A stretch of DNA of 64,000 nucleotides from an uncultured delta proteobacterium. Its GTDB lineage: Bacteria > Desulfobacterota > Syntrophobacteria > BM002. Under the pieces are notes generated by a model. That model searched no databases, was not told where the DNA came from, and saw only the letters and a program-made list of their open reading frames with translations. The DNA is taken from positions 32,001-96,000 of the forward strand of contig CAVQGX010000027.1 in NCBI GenBank assembly GCA_963712115.1, given 5' to 3'. Numbering within the stretch: the stretch's first letter is position 1; every line of letters starts with the position of its first letter. This document shows positions 20,352 to 29,658 of the stretch, piece by piece. A program made the position numbers and the translations under genes.

Positions 20352-21568
20352 CTTGAGCAACTCTCACCTTGATCCCATTCTTTATCTTATCCAAAGGCGC
20401 TGTTGCCACCTGGTCACCGACTTCCACCCCGTCTAGGATCTCAACCATGGTGTCCAGATGTTTACCGAGGTGGACAGGGGTTTTCAGGACCCTATTGTTC
20501 CGGACGACGAACACCAGGGTTTCTCCATCACGGTTGACCACCGCGTTACTGGGCAATGCTTTGAATGGGTTTTTCTCTTCTGGTGTAACCTGGCGCGAGA
20601 GAAAGGCAACCTTGGCGCTCATTTCAGGGAGAATGCGAGGATCCTTGTCTAGGAAGGCAGCCTTGACGAGTATTGACGCTTTGCTCCGGTCAGCGGTGGG
20701 CACGATCATGTGAACCACGCCTCGAAAACGGTCGTTGGGCAAGGCGTCCAGCTGGATCTCGCAAGGCTGGCCCACTTTAACCTGCTCGATGTTGGATTCA
20801 GATACATCCACCTCCACCTTGAGGGAATCCATGTCTGCAATGTTGACTACCGCGGCCTTGGCGTCTGCCGCGGCGCCTATGGGGGTAACAATATCTCCAA
20901 TATCGGCGTTTTTCGTCAGCACCACAGCATCAAAAGGAGCTCGAATTACTGCATATTCCAGAGACACCTCTGCTTCTTTCAAGGCCGCTTCACTCGCCCG
21001 CAGGGCCGCTTTATAAGCGGAGACTGCTGCCTTTGCCTTTTTGTAGCGCGCCTCGGCAGCATCGAACTGTGAAAGGGGGATAATCTCTTTTCCTACCAGT
21101 TCCTTTTTTCGATTGTAGTCGAGAAGGGCATCATCCAGTTCGGCCTGGCTCTGCTCGATGTTGAAACCTGCGACCTTGACATCCGCCATGGCTCTTTCCA
21201 GAGCGGCCTTAACATCATCGTTTTCCAGCCGGGCAATGACTTCACCCTTTTTCACCCGGCTGCCTTCCTCCACCCCTAAAAAGACCAGACGCCCGGTGAT
21301 CTTGGAGGCGACAGCCGCCTTCCGCTGGGCCACCACGTAACCACTGGCGTTGAGCAAGGTGAAGGTCTGGGCCGGAAAGATTCTTTGCACAGTTACGACC
21401 TGCACCTCGAGAGCAGGTTTTAGAACGCCCTTAAAGTAAAGAATTACCAATAAGCAAATGAGCAGGAGTGCCACCGACAGGAGTGAGGTATCTTTTTTTC
21501 TTCCCCCGCCTCTGTGAAATGCTAACCTTATCGATTCGCAGTTTCGAAAGATCGTTATCAACCGTCAA
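20347..21568 (-). CDS. Efflux RND/ABC periplasmic adaptor subunit (MacA-like); apparent +1 frameshift near 21495
   Basis: TTG start with AGGGAG RBS (DNDLSKLRIDK), LNASGYVVAQRKAAV, IRAPFDAVV, VDVSE. Confidence 0.88.
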
Positions 21569-21701
21569 AGAATGCTCCCTCGATTCCACTAACCCCTGGT
21601 TCAGACTCCTTCTGATTGTGCCATTACGCAACCGCCAAACTCAACCCAGGTAGGATAACATGGAGGGAGGAGGATGAACAGATATTTGCCGTTAATCACC
21701 T

Positions 21702-21776
21702 CTTCATCAGCTTTTATGCTCCCTTCGCTTTATGGCTGCGTCAATTGCTTTTTGGATGACGCTTAGGGCTGCTTCT
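21702..21776 (-). repeat. 75-bp direct repeat of the ppa 3' end (copy of 25459-25533)
   Basis: CTTCATCARCTTTTATGCTCCC...GGGCTGCTTCT with one mismatch. Encodes EAALSVIQKAIDAAIKRREHKS*. Confidence 0.92.
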
Positions 21777-22043
21777 CTGGAAGAAATTTGTGTTTTTGGC
21801 AACTGGTTTGGTAGAATGGTCCACTCAAAGGAGGGTTTTTTTGTCCTTGGACGCTTTTCTTCGAAAAAGGACGGCAAAGAGCATGCCTGCCGGCTGCAAA
21901 ACCAGTGACTGACGGCCACTGCCGGCAAAGCCCGGGGAACAAAGGAAACCTGCAACAAGTGTGCGATCCAAACTCTCTCCCGGCTAAAGCAATTGCCGCA
22001 ATTGTACGTACCAAGCCCGGCATAAACGAGGAAGATAGTTATC

Positions 22044-23432
22044 ATGAATTTTAGCTGGATACTCTTTCATCTCTTGCCTTCGTTGGGGTTTATTTTGGCG
22101 CTGGTTTTATTATCGAAAATTTTAAGAGAGCGAAGGTCGCCCACGAGCACCCTTGCCTGGCTCATGACCATTATTTTTATCCCATACCTGGGAGTTCCAC
22201 TCTACCTTATCTTTGGCGGTCGAAAAATGATGCGCAAGGTAGAAGCCAAGCCAATATTGCCCGTATACCAACCAAAGATGGCATCTGATGGTTATCGTAA
22301 AGAAGCGTATATATCCCCGTCTGGTAGCCAAGGCTATCCGCCGACCTCAAACAACCGCCTAAAGTTTTTACCAAAGGGAGAACAAGCTTTTCCAGAACTA
22401 TTAAACCTTATTAAGAATGCCAAACACTCTGTCTGTATTGCGACCTTTATCCTGGGGAAAGACGAAACGGGTAAAGCTATTGTAACGGCCCTGGCAGAAC
22501 AAGCCTCAAAAGGCGTAAAAATTTGTCTGCTCTTAGATGCGTTGGGATCGGCGAAGATAACACGGCGATTCCTTTTACCGCTCCAAAAAGCCGGTGGCCG
22601 GGTGGCTTTTTTCATGCCGATGCTACATCTGCCTTTTCGGGGACGGGCGAATTTACGCAATCATCGAAAAATGATTATCACCGATTGTAAAACTGCCATC
22701 ATCGGAGGAATGAACCTTGCGTCAGAATACATGGGAATTGAAGAATCCAGCGACCGCTGGCAGGATCTTTCGTTATTGATCGAAGGTTCCGCCGTCGATC
22801 ACCTTGTCGACATCTTTCGATCAGACTGGAAATTTGCAAGCAAGGAGGATTTTCCCAACAGCTGGACAGCCGACCAGTTGCCAGATGCTATCCACAACAA
22901 TGTTGTCCAAGTGGTTGCAAGCGGACCGGATGTTAGTGGAGATTCACTTCGCAATGTGATCCTCACCGAGATTTTCAGGGCAAAGCAGCGTGTGTGGATT
23001 ATAACACCGTATTTTGTACCTGATGAACTGCTGTTAGAAACTTTATGCCTAGCAGCCAGCCGCAATATTGACGTATCTGTTGTAATTCCGCAAAAGTCGA
23101 ATCACCGATTGGCAGATCTGGTGCGGGAAAGTTATTTGGGTCAGCTCCAGGAAGCTGGCGCAGGAATCTTTCTTTACCAGCCGCGTATGTTACACGCTAA
23201 AGCGATCTTGGTTGATGATACAGTTGCGGTAGTGGGGTCGGCCAACGTGGACATGCGAAGTCTGTTGCTTAACTATGAAATTGCACTATGCATTTACTCT
23301 GCAGATTCGATTAGAGAGCTTGAGGTTTGGATGCAACAATTAAGGTCAGACTGCTTGATTCAGAAAAAACGAGAAAAGAGCTCTCTCGGACTCATCGAGG
23401 GCGTTGGACGTCTTTTTGCTCCCCTGTTGTGA
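22044..23432 (+). CDS. cls: Cardiolipin synthase (phospholipase D family)
   Basis: N-terminal PLDc_N (STLAW...IPYLG) and two HKD motifs, NHRKMIITD and LHAKAILVDD. Confidence 0.88.
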   Translation: MNFSWILFHLLPSLGFILALVLLSKILRERRSPTSTLAWLMTIIFIPYLGVPLYLIFGGRKMMRKVEAKPILPVYQPKMASDGYRKEAYISPSGSQGYPPTSNNRLKFLPKGEQAFPELLNLIKNAKHSVCIATFILGKDETGKAIVTALAEQASKGVKICLLLDALGSAKITRRFLLPLQKAGGRVAFFMPMLHLPFRGRANLRNHRKMIITDCKTAIIGGMNLASEYMGIEESSDRWQDLSLLIEGSAVDHLVDIFRSDWKFASKEDFPNSWTADQLPDAIHNNVVQVVASGPDVSGDSLRNVILTEIFRAKQRVWIITPYFVPDELLLETLCLAASRNIDVSVVIPQKSNHRLADLVRESYLGQLQEAGAGIFLYQPRMLHAKAILVDDTVAVVGSANVDMRSLLLNYEIALCIYSADSIRELEVWMQQLRSDCLIQKKREKSSLGLIEGVGRLFAPLL

Positions 23433-23452
23433 TGGGATTTTTGTAGGTCATT

Positions 23453-23521
23453 TGGCCTTGTCCAGGGTGAAACATCACTCGAACCTACCAACTCGATAAT
23501 GTTATAAATGCTATCGGACAT
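23453..23521 (-). pseudogene. 5' remnant of a dodecin-family gene
   Basis: RBS AAGGAGAGG then MSDSIYNIIELVGSSDVS, matching the dodecin N-terminus. Similarity is lost at the cls 3' end. Confidence 0.65.
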
Positions 23522-23727
23522 AGTTCCTCTCCTTTAGCCTTGGCTTCTTGGGGCTGAATCTCACCTGTAAGCAGAACCGCAGAAAAACTCTCCCAACGGT
23601 TATAGCCAACTGCATCTATGGTCCTGGCTCAGGAGCTGAAATCCTGCATCAGCCGAAGAGCAACACTGCATCATGGCGTGATGCACAAACGAAGGCTTCG
23701 ACGCCTCGGCCCGCCATGAGGAACAGC

Positions 23728-24039
23728 TCAATCCAATTTTTTCCTGATGCGCTTGTAAGCATTGGCGATTTCTTCGGAGAGAACACCTAAGGCGGCGCCA
23801 ATGTCCTTGGATACATCTTTCGTTTCTCTCTTTAAAGTGGCCAGCTTGTTTTCAAGTACCTCCCACTTCTTCTCTAACTCTTCCCACTCATCCTTGGCCT
23901 CTGCTTTTGCCAAATGAATCTGGACTCTTAACTCATCTCGTTCTTGTTTGAGCTTAGTTATCAGCTCTTCGAGCCTTCCTTTTTCTTGCGACACAAGCTT
24001 CTCCTTTTGGTTTGATGGTGTTTGCGCTGACTCTATCAA
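23728..24039 (-). CDS. Conserved small coiled-coil hypothetical protein
   Basis: LKQERDELRVQIHLAKAEAKDEWEELEKKW; overlaps the acvB stop. Confidence 0.7.
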   Translation of the reverse strand: MIESAQTPSNQKEKLVSQEKGRLEELITKLKQERDELRVQIHLAKAEAKDEWEELEKKWEVLENKLATLKRETKDVSKDIGAALGVLSEEIANAYKRIRKKLD

Positions 24040-25433
24040 TTTGCTTGCCGGAGGATGGCCTCGGCAATGGCATCATAGTTGCCGCCAAAATGATGTGCCC
24101 CTTTCATGGCCACAACCTTGGCGAGAGCGGGCTCCAGGTCCCGGCAGAGACTGTCCGTCTCTTCTTCACCGTAAAAGCAAATCAGCCTCGTTCCCTTAAG
24201 TTTTTGCACCTCCGGGCGAATCGGATACGTTGTCCCGTCGGATGAACTCCCCAGCCAATCCGTGAGATGAAACTCAAAGTCCACTTGGCGTCCCGGGCCT
24301 AGAAGAGCTATCAAAGACACCCGGCTCAACAATTCCTTGGGGAGACGGCTGGCCATGAAGGGGAGGACGTCTGCCCCTAAAGAATAACCAAGGAGTATGG
24401 CTTTCTCTTTTTTCCAGCGGCTAAGATAGTGTTCAAGGATTCGCTCCAGATCTTTTGCCGAGCCATCAGGCGTGCGTTTGGTCCAGAAGTACGCCAGGGA
24501 ATTCAATCCCACCACCGGAATTCCCTTACCAGCAAGGACATCGGCTACCTCCCGGTCAATTCCGGCCCAGCCGCCGTCGCCGGAGACAACTACTGCCATG
24601 AGGTCTGAAACGGAACCACTGGCATTGACCTCCACTATGGGCAGGTCAGTTAATGCAGCCACAGAAGTTGGCTTCTCGGCTTTCTTTCGCGCAACCAGGC
24701 GGGTGAAAGTCTCTTTGAACTGGGGCATCCAGTTTCGCTGCACTGAAAAGCCATGCCCAACCTTGGGCAGGAGCACTATTTCCCCATTTTTTACCTGTTT
24801 GACGTAGGCCTCCGTTGCAGCGGCGTCACAGACCTTGTCGATGGTACCCTGGAAGGCTATCCAGGGTGGTTGCAAGTTGGTCGTTGGCAGGAACACATAT
24901 CCTCTGCCTCTGGGGCCAGGTTTCCATTCCAGTCCATTGCCACGGCAGAGAGGTTTTGTCAGCGGCAGATCAGGGCAAAAGCCCAGGCTGATGGCTCCAA
25001 CAAAGGTATTGGGCGGAGCCTGGACTAGAGTGGCATAGACCAGGGTGGCTCCGGAGGAGTATCCCACCAGCACCGGTTGCACATAGCGAGGAAAATCAAG
25101 CTTTTTCTGAACGAACTTGCTCAGAGATTCGAAATCCGCAGCACAGTAAGAACATTTATCATCAGAGCCTGCAAGTCGCTTCAGGTAGCTGGTGATGTCG
25201 ATACCTACAACAAGGGCGTCCAGGGAGGACAGGGCCCTGGCCATGTCAATCACCCCCAGGTTCCAGCCTCCATCGCCGGAAACAAACAGAACAACCTGGG
25301 ATGGCCTGGGAGATTGGCGGTACAAAGTGATATGGCCGAAGCGACCGAAGGCAACCGTTTCCTCGTCAGCACCCAGCACGCTGCTCCAACTCAGAAGTAG
25401 AAGAATTGGCAATATAAAAAGTGCGCGTCTCAT
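24036..25433 (-). CDS. acvB: AcvB/VirJ family lysyl-phosphatidylglycerol hydrolase
   Basis: Signal peptide, two alpha/beta-hydrolase lobes each with SGDGGW, GYSSG and GYSLGAD, C-terminal HHFGGNY. Confidence 0.9.
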   Translation of the reverse strand: MRRALFILPILLLLSWSSVLGADEETVAFGRFGHITLYRQSPRPSQVVLFVSGDGGWNLGVIDMARALSSLDALVVGIDITSYLKRLAGSDDKCSYCAADFESLSKFVQKKLDFPRYVQPVLVGYSSGATLVYATLVQAPPNTFVGAISLGFCPDLPLTKPLCRGNGLEWKPGPRGRGYVFLPTTNLQPPWIAFQGTIDKVCDAAATEAYVKQVKNGEIVLLPKVGHGFSVQRNWMPQFKETFTRLVARKKAEKPTSVAALTDLPIVEVNASGSVSDLMAVVVSGDGGWAGIDREVADVLAGKGIPVVGLNSLAYFWTKRTPDGSAKDLERILEHYLSRWKKEKAILLGYSLGADVLPFMASRLPKELLSRVSLIALLGPGRQVDFEFHLTDWLGSSSDGTTYPIRPEVQKLKGTRLICFYGEEETDSLCRDLEPALAKVVAMKGAHHFGGNYDAIAEAILRQAN

Positions 25434-25463
25434 GGAAGGTCAAATCCCCTCATCATTACTTCA

Positions 25464-25997
25464 TCAACTTTTATGCTCCCTTCGCTTTATGGCTGCGTCA
25501 ATTGCTTTTTGGATGACGCTTAGGGCTGCTTCTTTGTCTTCCCAGCCGAGGGTTTCCACTTGTTTCCCTTCCAGCTCTTTGTAGATATGAAAGAAATGTT
25601 CGACTTCACGGAGAAAGTGAGCCCTTACCTGGGAAAGCTCTCGAATTTCGTTGTGGTTAGGATCAGCCACGGGCACAGATAGAATCTTTTCATCTTCACC
25701 CTTTTCATCCCGCATGCGAAACAGTCCTACCGGCCGGGCCTCGACAAGACAGCCGGTAAAGGTCGGTTCACCGGTTATCACCAGAATATCCACCGGGTCG
25801 CCGTCTTCGGCATGAGTCCCCGGGATAAAGCCGTAGGCCGCAGGATAGTGCACCGCAGAGTACAGAACTCTGTCGAGCTTGAAGAGCCCCAACTTCGGAT
25901 CGTACTCATACTTGTTGTGGCCACCACGGGATATCTCGATAATGGCGTTTACTATATGTGGGGGATCAGGGCCTGGTGGAAGTTGATAAAGATTCAT
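25464..25997 (-). CDS. ppa: Inorganic pyrophosphatase (family I)
   Basis: NKYEYD, LDRVL, YGFIP, DGDPVD, DEKIL, YKELE. Confidence 0.95.
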   Translation of the reverse strand: MNLYQLPPGPDPPHIVNAIIEISRGGHNKYEYDPKLGLFKLDRVLYSAVHYPAAYGFIPGTHAEDGDPVDILVITGEPTFTGCLVEARPVGLFRMRDEKGEDEKILSVPVADPNHNEIRELSQVRAHFLREVEHFFHIYKELEGKQVETLGWEDKEAALSVIQKAIDAAIKRREHKS

Positions 25998-26076
25998 CCG
26001 CCTGCCTCCTTCAAAGAGCAGTGTTGATACGGGGCGTCAAGAATAAACACTCACATTGAATCAAAAGATGATTATT

Positions 26077-26152
26077 TGTAGGGTGGGCTTTATGCCCACC
26101 TGATGGACCCAGTTCAGCAAGTTTCCGGGCGGGAATAAATCCCGCCCCTACA
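26077..26152. repeat. GTAG-type REP doublet (REPIN-like)
   Basis: TGTAGGGTGGGCTTTATGCCCACC...GGGCGGGAATAAATCCCGCCCCTACA. Confidence 0.75.
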
Positions 26153-26235
26153 CCAAGATTGGAAAAAAGACGCGCAATGATTTGTGACGCTATATATAAT
26201 TTTAATTGTGGAACGTTCAAGTTGATGAAATACGA

Positions 26236-26421
26236 TTATCGCCCCATTCCAACCATCATTCCCATACCCCCAAACAGGGCAACTGTGATCCAATAGATCC
26301 CTGTCAGGATCACGAGTGCGGGAATGGCGGCGATGGCCCATTTCACCATAAAGACCACCATGGACCCGAACGGCATGCGAATGTCGGTTACCACAACGTT
26401 TTTGCCGTTTTCACTCACCAT
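26236..26421 (-). CDS. Small conserved membrane hypothetical protein
   Basis: VVVTDIRMPFGSMVVFMVKWAIAAIPA pattern; RBS AGGAGG. Confidence 0.65.
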   Translation of the reverse strand: MVSENGKNVVVTDIRMPFGSMVVFMVKWAIAAIPALVILTGIYWITVALFGGMGMMVGMGR

Positions 26422-26460
26422 CTTTGCCCTCCTTTTCCCCATTTCTAGTTCCGCCCTGAT

Positions 26461-27849
26461 CTATGCAGAAAGCCGATTCCACGCATCCAGGGCAGCAACC
26501 TTGTAAGCCTCCGCCAGGGTTGGATAGTTGAATACACTTTCAAGGTAATAATTGAGGGTGCCCCCGAGGACCAAAGAGGCCTGGCCGATATGAATCAATT
26601 CAGCAGCGCCCTCTCCGATGATGTGGACTCCCAATACCCGTTGATCCTCCTGCCCGAACAAGATCTTGAGCAAGCCACCTTTAAGACCCATAATCTGGCC
26701 CCTGGCGGTTTCCCACAGGTGGGCGACCCCGACTTCATAAGGTACTTTTTTCTCGGTAAGTTCTTGCTCGGTCATGCCCACCATGCTCATTTCCGGAACT
26801 CCATAAATCCCGAAGGGGAAATGAGCCGGTTGACTGGTGGCAGGATGGTCGAAGGCATGGCAGGCCGCCAGTCGCCCCTGCTCCATGGAGGTAGAGGCCA
26901 GACTGGGAAAGCCAATCACATCTCCTGCCGCGTAAATATGGGATACCTGGGTCTGGAAGTGCTCATTGACTGCGATACACCCGTGATCGTCTGTGGCGAG
27001 CCCTGCATTTTCCAGCTTGAGTTCACTGGTGTTACCCATTCGCCCCGCTGTGTAAAGGAGCAGATCTGCCCGCAGTCGCTTGCCGCTCTCCAGGGTGGTG
27101 GTTACATATCCCCCGGAGTCAAGTTCTATGGTTCCCACCTTCTCCCCGAGACGCAAGGTAACTCCCTGCTCCCGCATGGAGTGAACGAACTCATCCACGA
27201 TCTCCCGGTCGAGAAAATCAAGCAGGGTCGAGCGCCCCTCCACCAGGGTAATGTGCACGTCCAGAACACTGAAGATGGAACCATATTCCACGCCAATGAC
27301 GCCGCCTCCCACGATGATCATCGATTTTGGGATTCGTTTAAGTTGGAGTAGGCCGTCGCTGTCAATAATTGTCACATCATCAAAGGGCACCCCATCAGGC
27401 CGCCGCGGGCGGGTGCCCGTTGCGATCAGGATCTTGTCGGCCTCGTATTCCAGAAAATCCCCGGTGGAACTTTGAACCTGCATCCGGCGCTGATCAACAA
27501 AGGAAGCCACCCCCTTGATGACCTCAACCCCATTCCGCTCGAGTTGATCTTGAATGACCTCAATCTCATGCTGCAAGGTGACATGGAGCCGCTGCATAAG
27601 GTCGTCTATGGTGAGATCTGGTTTCAGACGGTAGCCGTAACCATAGAGGCCGCGTTGGTTCCAGCCGGTAAGATAGAGGACTGCCTCGCGCAGTGTTTTG
27701 CTGGGCATGGTGCCGGTGTGCAGGGAAACGCCTCCAACCACCATCCGTCGTTCGATAATGGCCACTTTCTTGTCCAGCTTGGCCGCCTGTATCGCGGCTT
27801 TCTGGCCGGCAGGTCCGCTGCCAATCACGATGAAATCATAACGGTCCAT
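26461..27849 (-). CDS. sthA: Soluble Si-specific NAD(P)+ transhydrogenase
   Basis: GSGPAG, HTGTMPSKTLRE lacking the redox cysteine pair, IGFPSLASTSMEQG, FNYPTLAEAYKVAA. Confidence 0.92.
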   Translation of the reverse strand: MDRYDFIVIGSGPAGQKAAIQAAKLDKKVAIIERRMVVGGVSLHTGTMPSKTLREAVLYLTGWNQRGLYGYGYRLKPDLTIDDLMQRLHVTLQHEIEVIQDQLERNGVEVIKGVASFVDQRRMQVQSSTGDFLEYEADKILIATGTRPRRPDGVPFDDVTIIDSDGLLQLKRIPKSMIIVGGGVIGVEYGSIFSVLDVHITLVEGRSTLLDFLDREIVDEFVHSMREQGVTLRLGEKVGTIELDSGGYVTTTLESGKRLRADLLLYTAGRMGNTSELKLENAGLATDDHGCIAVNEHFQTQVSHIYAAGDVIGFPSLASTSMEQGRLAACHAFDHPATSQPAHFPFGIYGVPEMSMVGMTEQELTEKKVPYEVGVAHLWETARGQIMGLKGGLLKILFGQEDQRVLGVHIIGEGAAELIHIGQASLVLGGTLNYYLESVFNYPTLAEAYKVAALDAWNRLSA

Positions 27850-27864
27850 GAAATGATCCTTCGA

Positions 27865-29241
27865 CTACCCGGGTTCCGCATCTTTTTCGGGGATCGGTCC
27901 CTCGAGGCTAACCAGGGTTATTCGATGACCGTCCATGCGCTCCACAGCGATTTTACATTTGGGAAGCTCTATAGAGTCTCCGAGTTCCGGCACCCGACCG
28001 AGGTGGTGGTAAATAAACCCTGCCAACGTATTGTACTCCCCCTCCGGGAAAGAGCACTCGATCATCTTCCCCAGATCGTCCAAGCGGATGCTGGGGTCGA
28101 TCAGGGTCTTGCCATCCTTTCCCTTTGTCTTTATTAACACGGAGCTTGGCGAGAATTCGTCCTCATACTCTCCCACTATCTCCTCCAAGATGTCCTCCAG
28201 GGTGACGATGCCGGCGGTGCCTCCATACTCGTCGATGACTATCGCCATTTGCTGTCGCTGCGCCTTGAACTCTGCGAGCAGGATACTGAGTGGTTTTATC
28301 TCTGGCACCAGATAGGGGGGCAGCATAATCTCGCTGATCGGGCGTCCCATCTCTTCCGTTCCCCCTTCAGGATCGAGACAGTTGAGCAGTTCCTTGATGC
28401 TGAGTATGCCGACGATACGATCCATGTGTGTGTCATATACCGGGTAACGATGGTGTCTTTCTTGGCGGAAAATCTCGAGAGATTCCCTGATCGTCATGTC
28501 CTTCTGAAGTCCGACGATCTTGGTGCGCGGAACCATGACTTCCTCCACCGTGTGTTCTTCGAGATCGAAGACGCCCTGAATCATTGCTGTTTCCTCGGGG
28601 TCGAGAATGCCTTCCGATTCACTCGCCACCAGGATCGTGCGCAGCTCCTCTTCCGAGATGGATAAGTGTCCACCTTTGGGGCCTGCCAGGTTTCGTTGTC
28701 CGAACAGTTTCAACAGACCGTTGGAAGCATGATTGAGCAGCCAGATTGCTGGGTAGAGGAGTCGGTAGAGAAAGTTGATACTACGTGCCACAGCGAGACT
28801 GGTCCGCACCGGCTTGTGGAAAGCATAGACTTTGGGGGCCAACTCGCCACCGACAACGTGAAGCGCGGAGATGAAGAGAAAAGCAACAATGTGGGCGGTG
28901 GTCAGGGCGACGGTGTGGGCCCTGGCAGGAGATACAAAGATGGAAAGGTGCGCGACAACGAAGGTAATTGACGGCTCCAGTATGGTGGTGATAGTTGCGA
29001 TCCCAATCGCCCCTAGGGCCAACGACATCAGAGTGATACCAATTTGGGTTACCGAGTAGAAGCGTTCCGGTTCGGCGTGCAGAATCTGTACGACCCCTGC
29101 TGCCTTGTTCCCTTGCTCAGCGATGTGACGAATACGGCTGCGCCGCGCCGAGGTGAGGGCGATTTCGGAGCCCACAAAAAAGGCGTTTCCCACGATGAGC
29201 AGGACTATGCCAACTAAATTTGCAAGGGTAAGTGGATCCAT
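27865..29241 (-). CDS. Hemolysin/CNNM family protein (DUF21 + CBS pair + CorC/HlyC)
   Basis: NAFFVGSEIAL, QIGIT, GELAPK, VMVPR, DEYGGTAGIVTLEDILEEIVG. Confidence 0.92.
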   Translation of the reverse strand: MDPLTLANLVGIVLLIVGNAFFVGSEIALTSARRSRIRHIAEQGNKAAGVVQILHAEPERFYSVTQIGITLMSLALGAIGIATITTILEPSITFVVAHLSIFVSPARAHTVALTTAHIVAFLFISALHVVGGELAPKVYAFHKPVRTSLAVARSINFLYRLLYPAIWLLNHASNGLLKLFGQRNLAGPKGGHLSISEEELRTILVASESEGILDPEETAMIQGVFDLEEHTVEEVMVPRTKIVGLQKDMTIRESLEIFRQERHHRYPVYDTHMDRIVGILSIKELLNCLDPEGGTEEMGRPISEIMLPPYLVPEIKPLSILLAEFKAQRQQMAIVIDEYGGTAGIVTLEDILEEIVGEYEDEFSPSSVLIKTKGKDGKTLIDPSIRLDDLGKMIECSFPEGEYNTLAGFIYHHLGRVPELGDSIELPKCKIAVERMDGHRITLVSLEGPIPEKDAEPG

Positions 29242-29490
29242 TTCGATCTCCCAGATAAAGGATAGACCTTCGAGTTTTCCCCGAATGGTTAACAATCAAT
29301 AAACATGTTTCAGAGCAATCCGCGGCCAGGAAAATCCGGTGATTTTCAGAGGGATTGTCTGCTGGCAGAAGATTAACATGAAATGAGGATCCACACAATT
29401 GAAGGAAAATAGGGACGGTGATGAAACTATAACTTTCTATCAGTAGACTTAGGTAGTTTAAAAATGGCCCCCTTAATCGCTGTTTTCACC

Positions 29491-29658
29491 TTACGCCCCT
29501 TTCAGGGCTTCGCCATAAAATTTCTCCACGTATTCTTTGACCATCCGCCGGGCGGAGAACCTGGGTGCGGTGCTCTTTATGGTGTCCTTCATGACCCTCA
29601 CCCAGTCGTGGGGGAGGCCGTCTTCTGAAACCCTGTAATACATAGGAATAATTTCATT
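29491..29658 (-). pseudogene. glgP: 3' remnant of an alpha-glucan (glycogen) phosphorylase gene
   Basis: NEIIPMYYRVSEDGLPHDWVRVMKDTIKSTAPRFSARRMVKEYVEKFY is the conserved GlgP C-terminus. It begins at the mprF stop codon. Confidence 0.75.

Noticed and set aside
20190-20436. Similar short ORFs at 20190 and 54475 (…DMSSGFGVLEFWSIGVLEKAK…) suggesting a small protein family
   Set aside because: They are translations of the family-A repeat element, not independent genes.
560-21510. Multiple frameshifts (about 573, 7575, 10340-10380, 10540, 13068, 21495) considered as pseudogenes or programmed frameshifting
   Set aside because: All appear to be single-base insertions, mostly in homopolymers, in otherwise intact genes. 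This pattern is typical of long-read error and needs read polishing to confirm.
21707-22045. 112-aa minus-strand ORF ending like Ppa
   Set aside because: Only the last 22 codons come from the duplicated ppa end; the rest is the cls upstream region read by chance.
23540-23725. GGGGCTGAATC segment reminiscent of a c-di-AMP (ydaO) riboswitch
   Set aside because: The other conserved elements and pairings are not evident, and it is not positioned 5' of a plus-strand gene. An Infernal/Rfam scan would be decisive.
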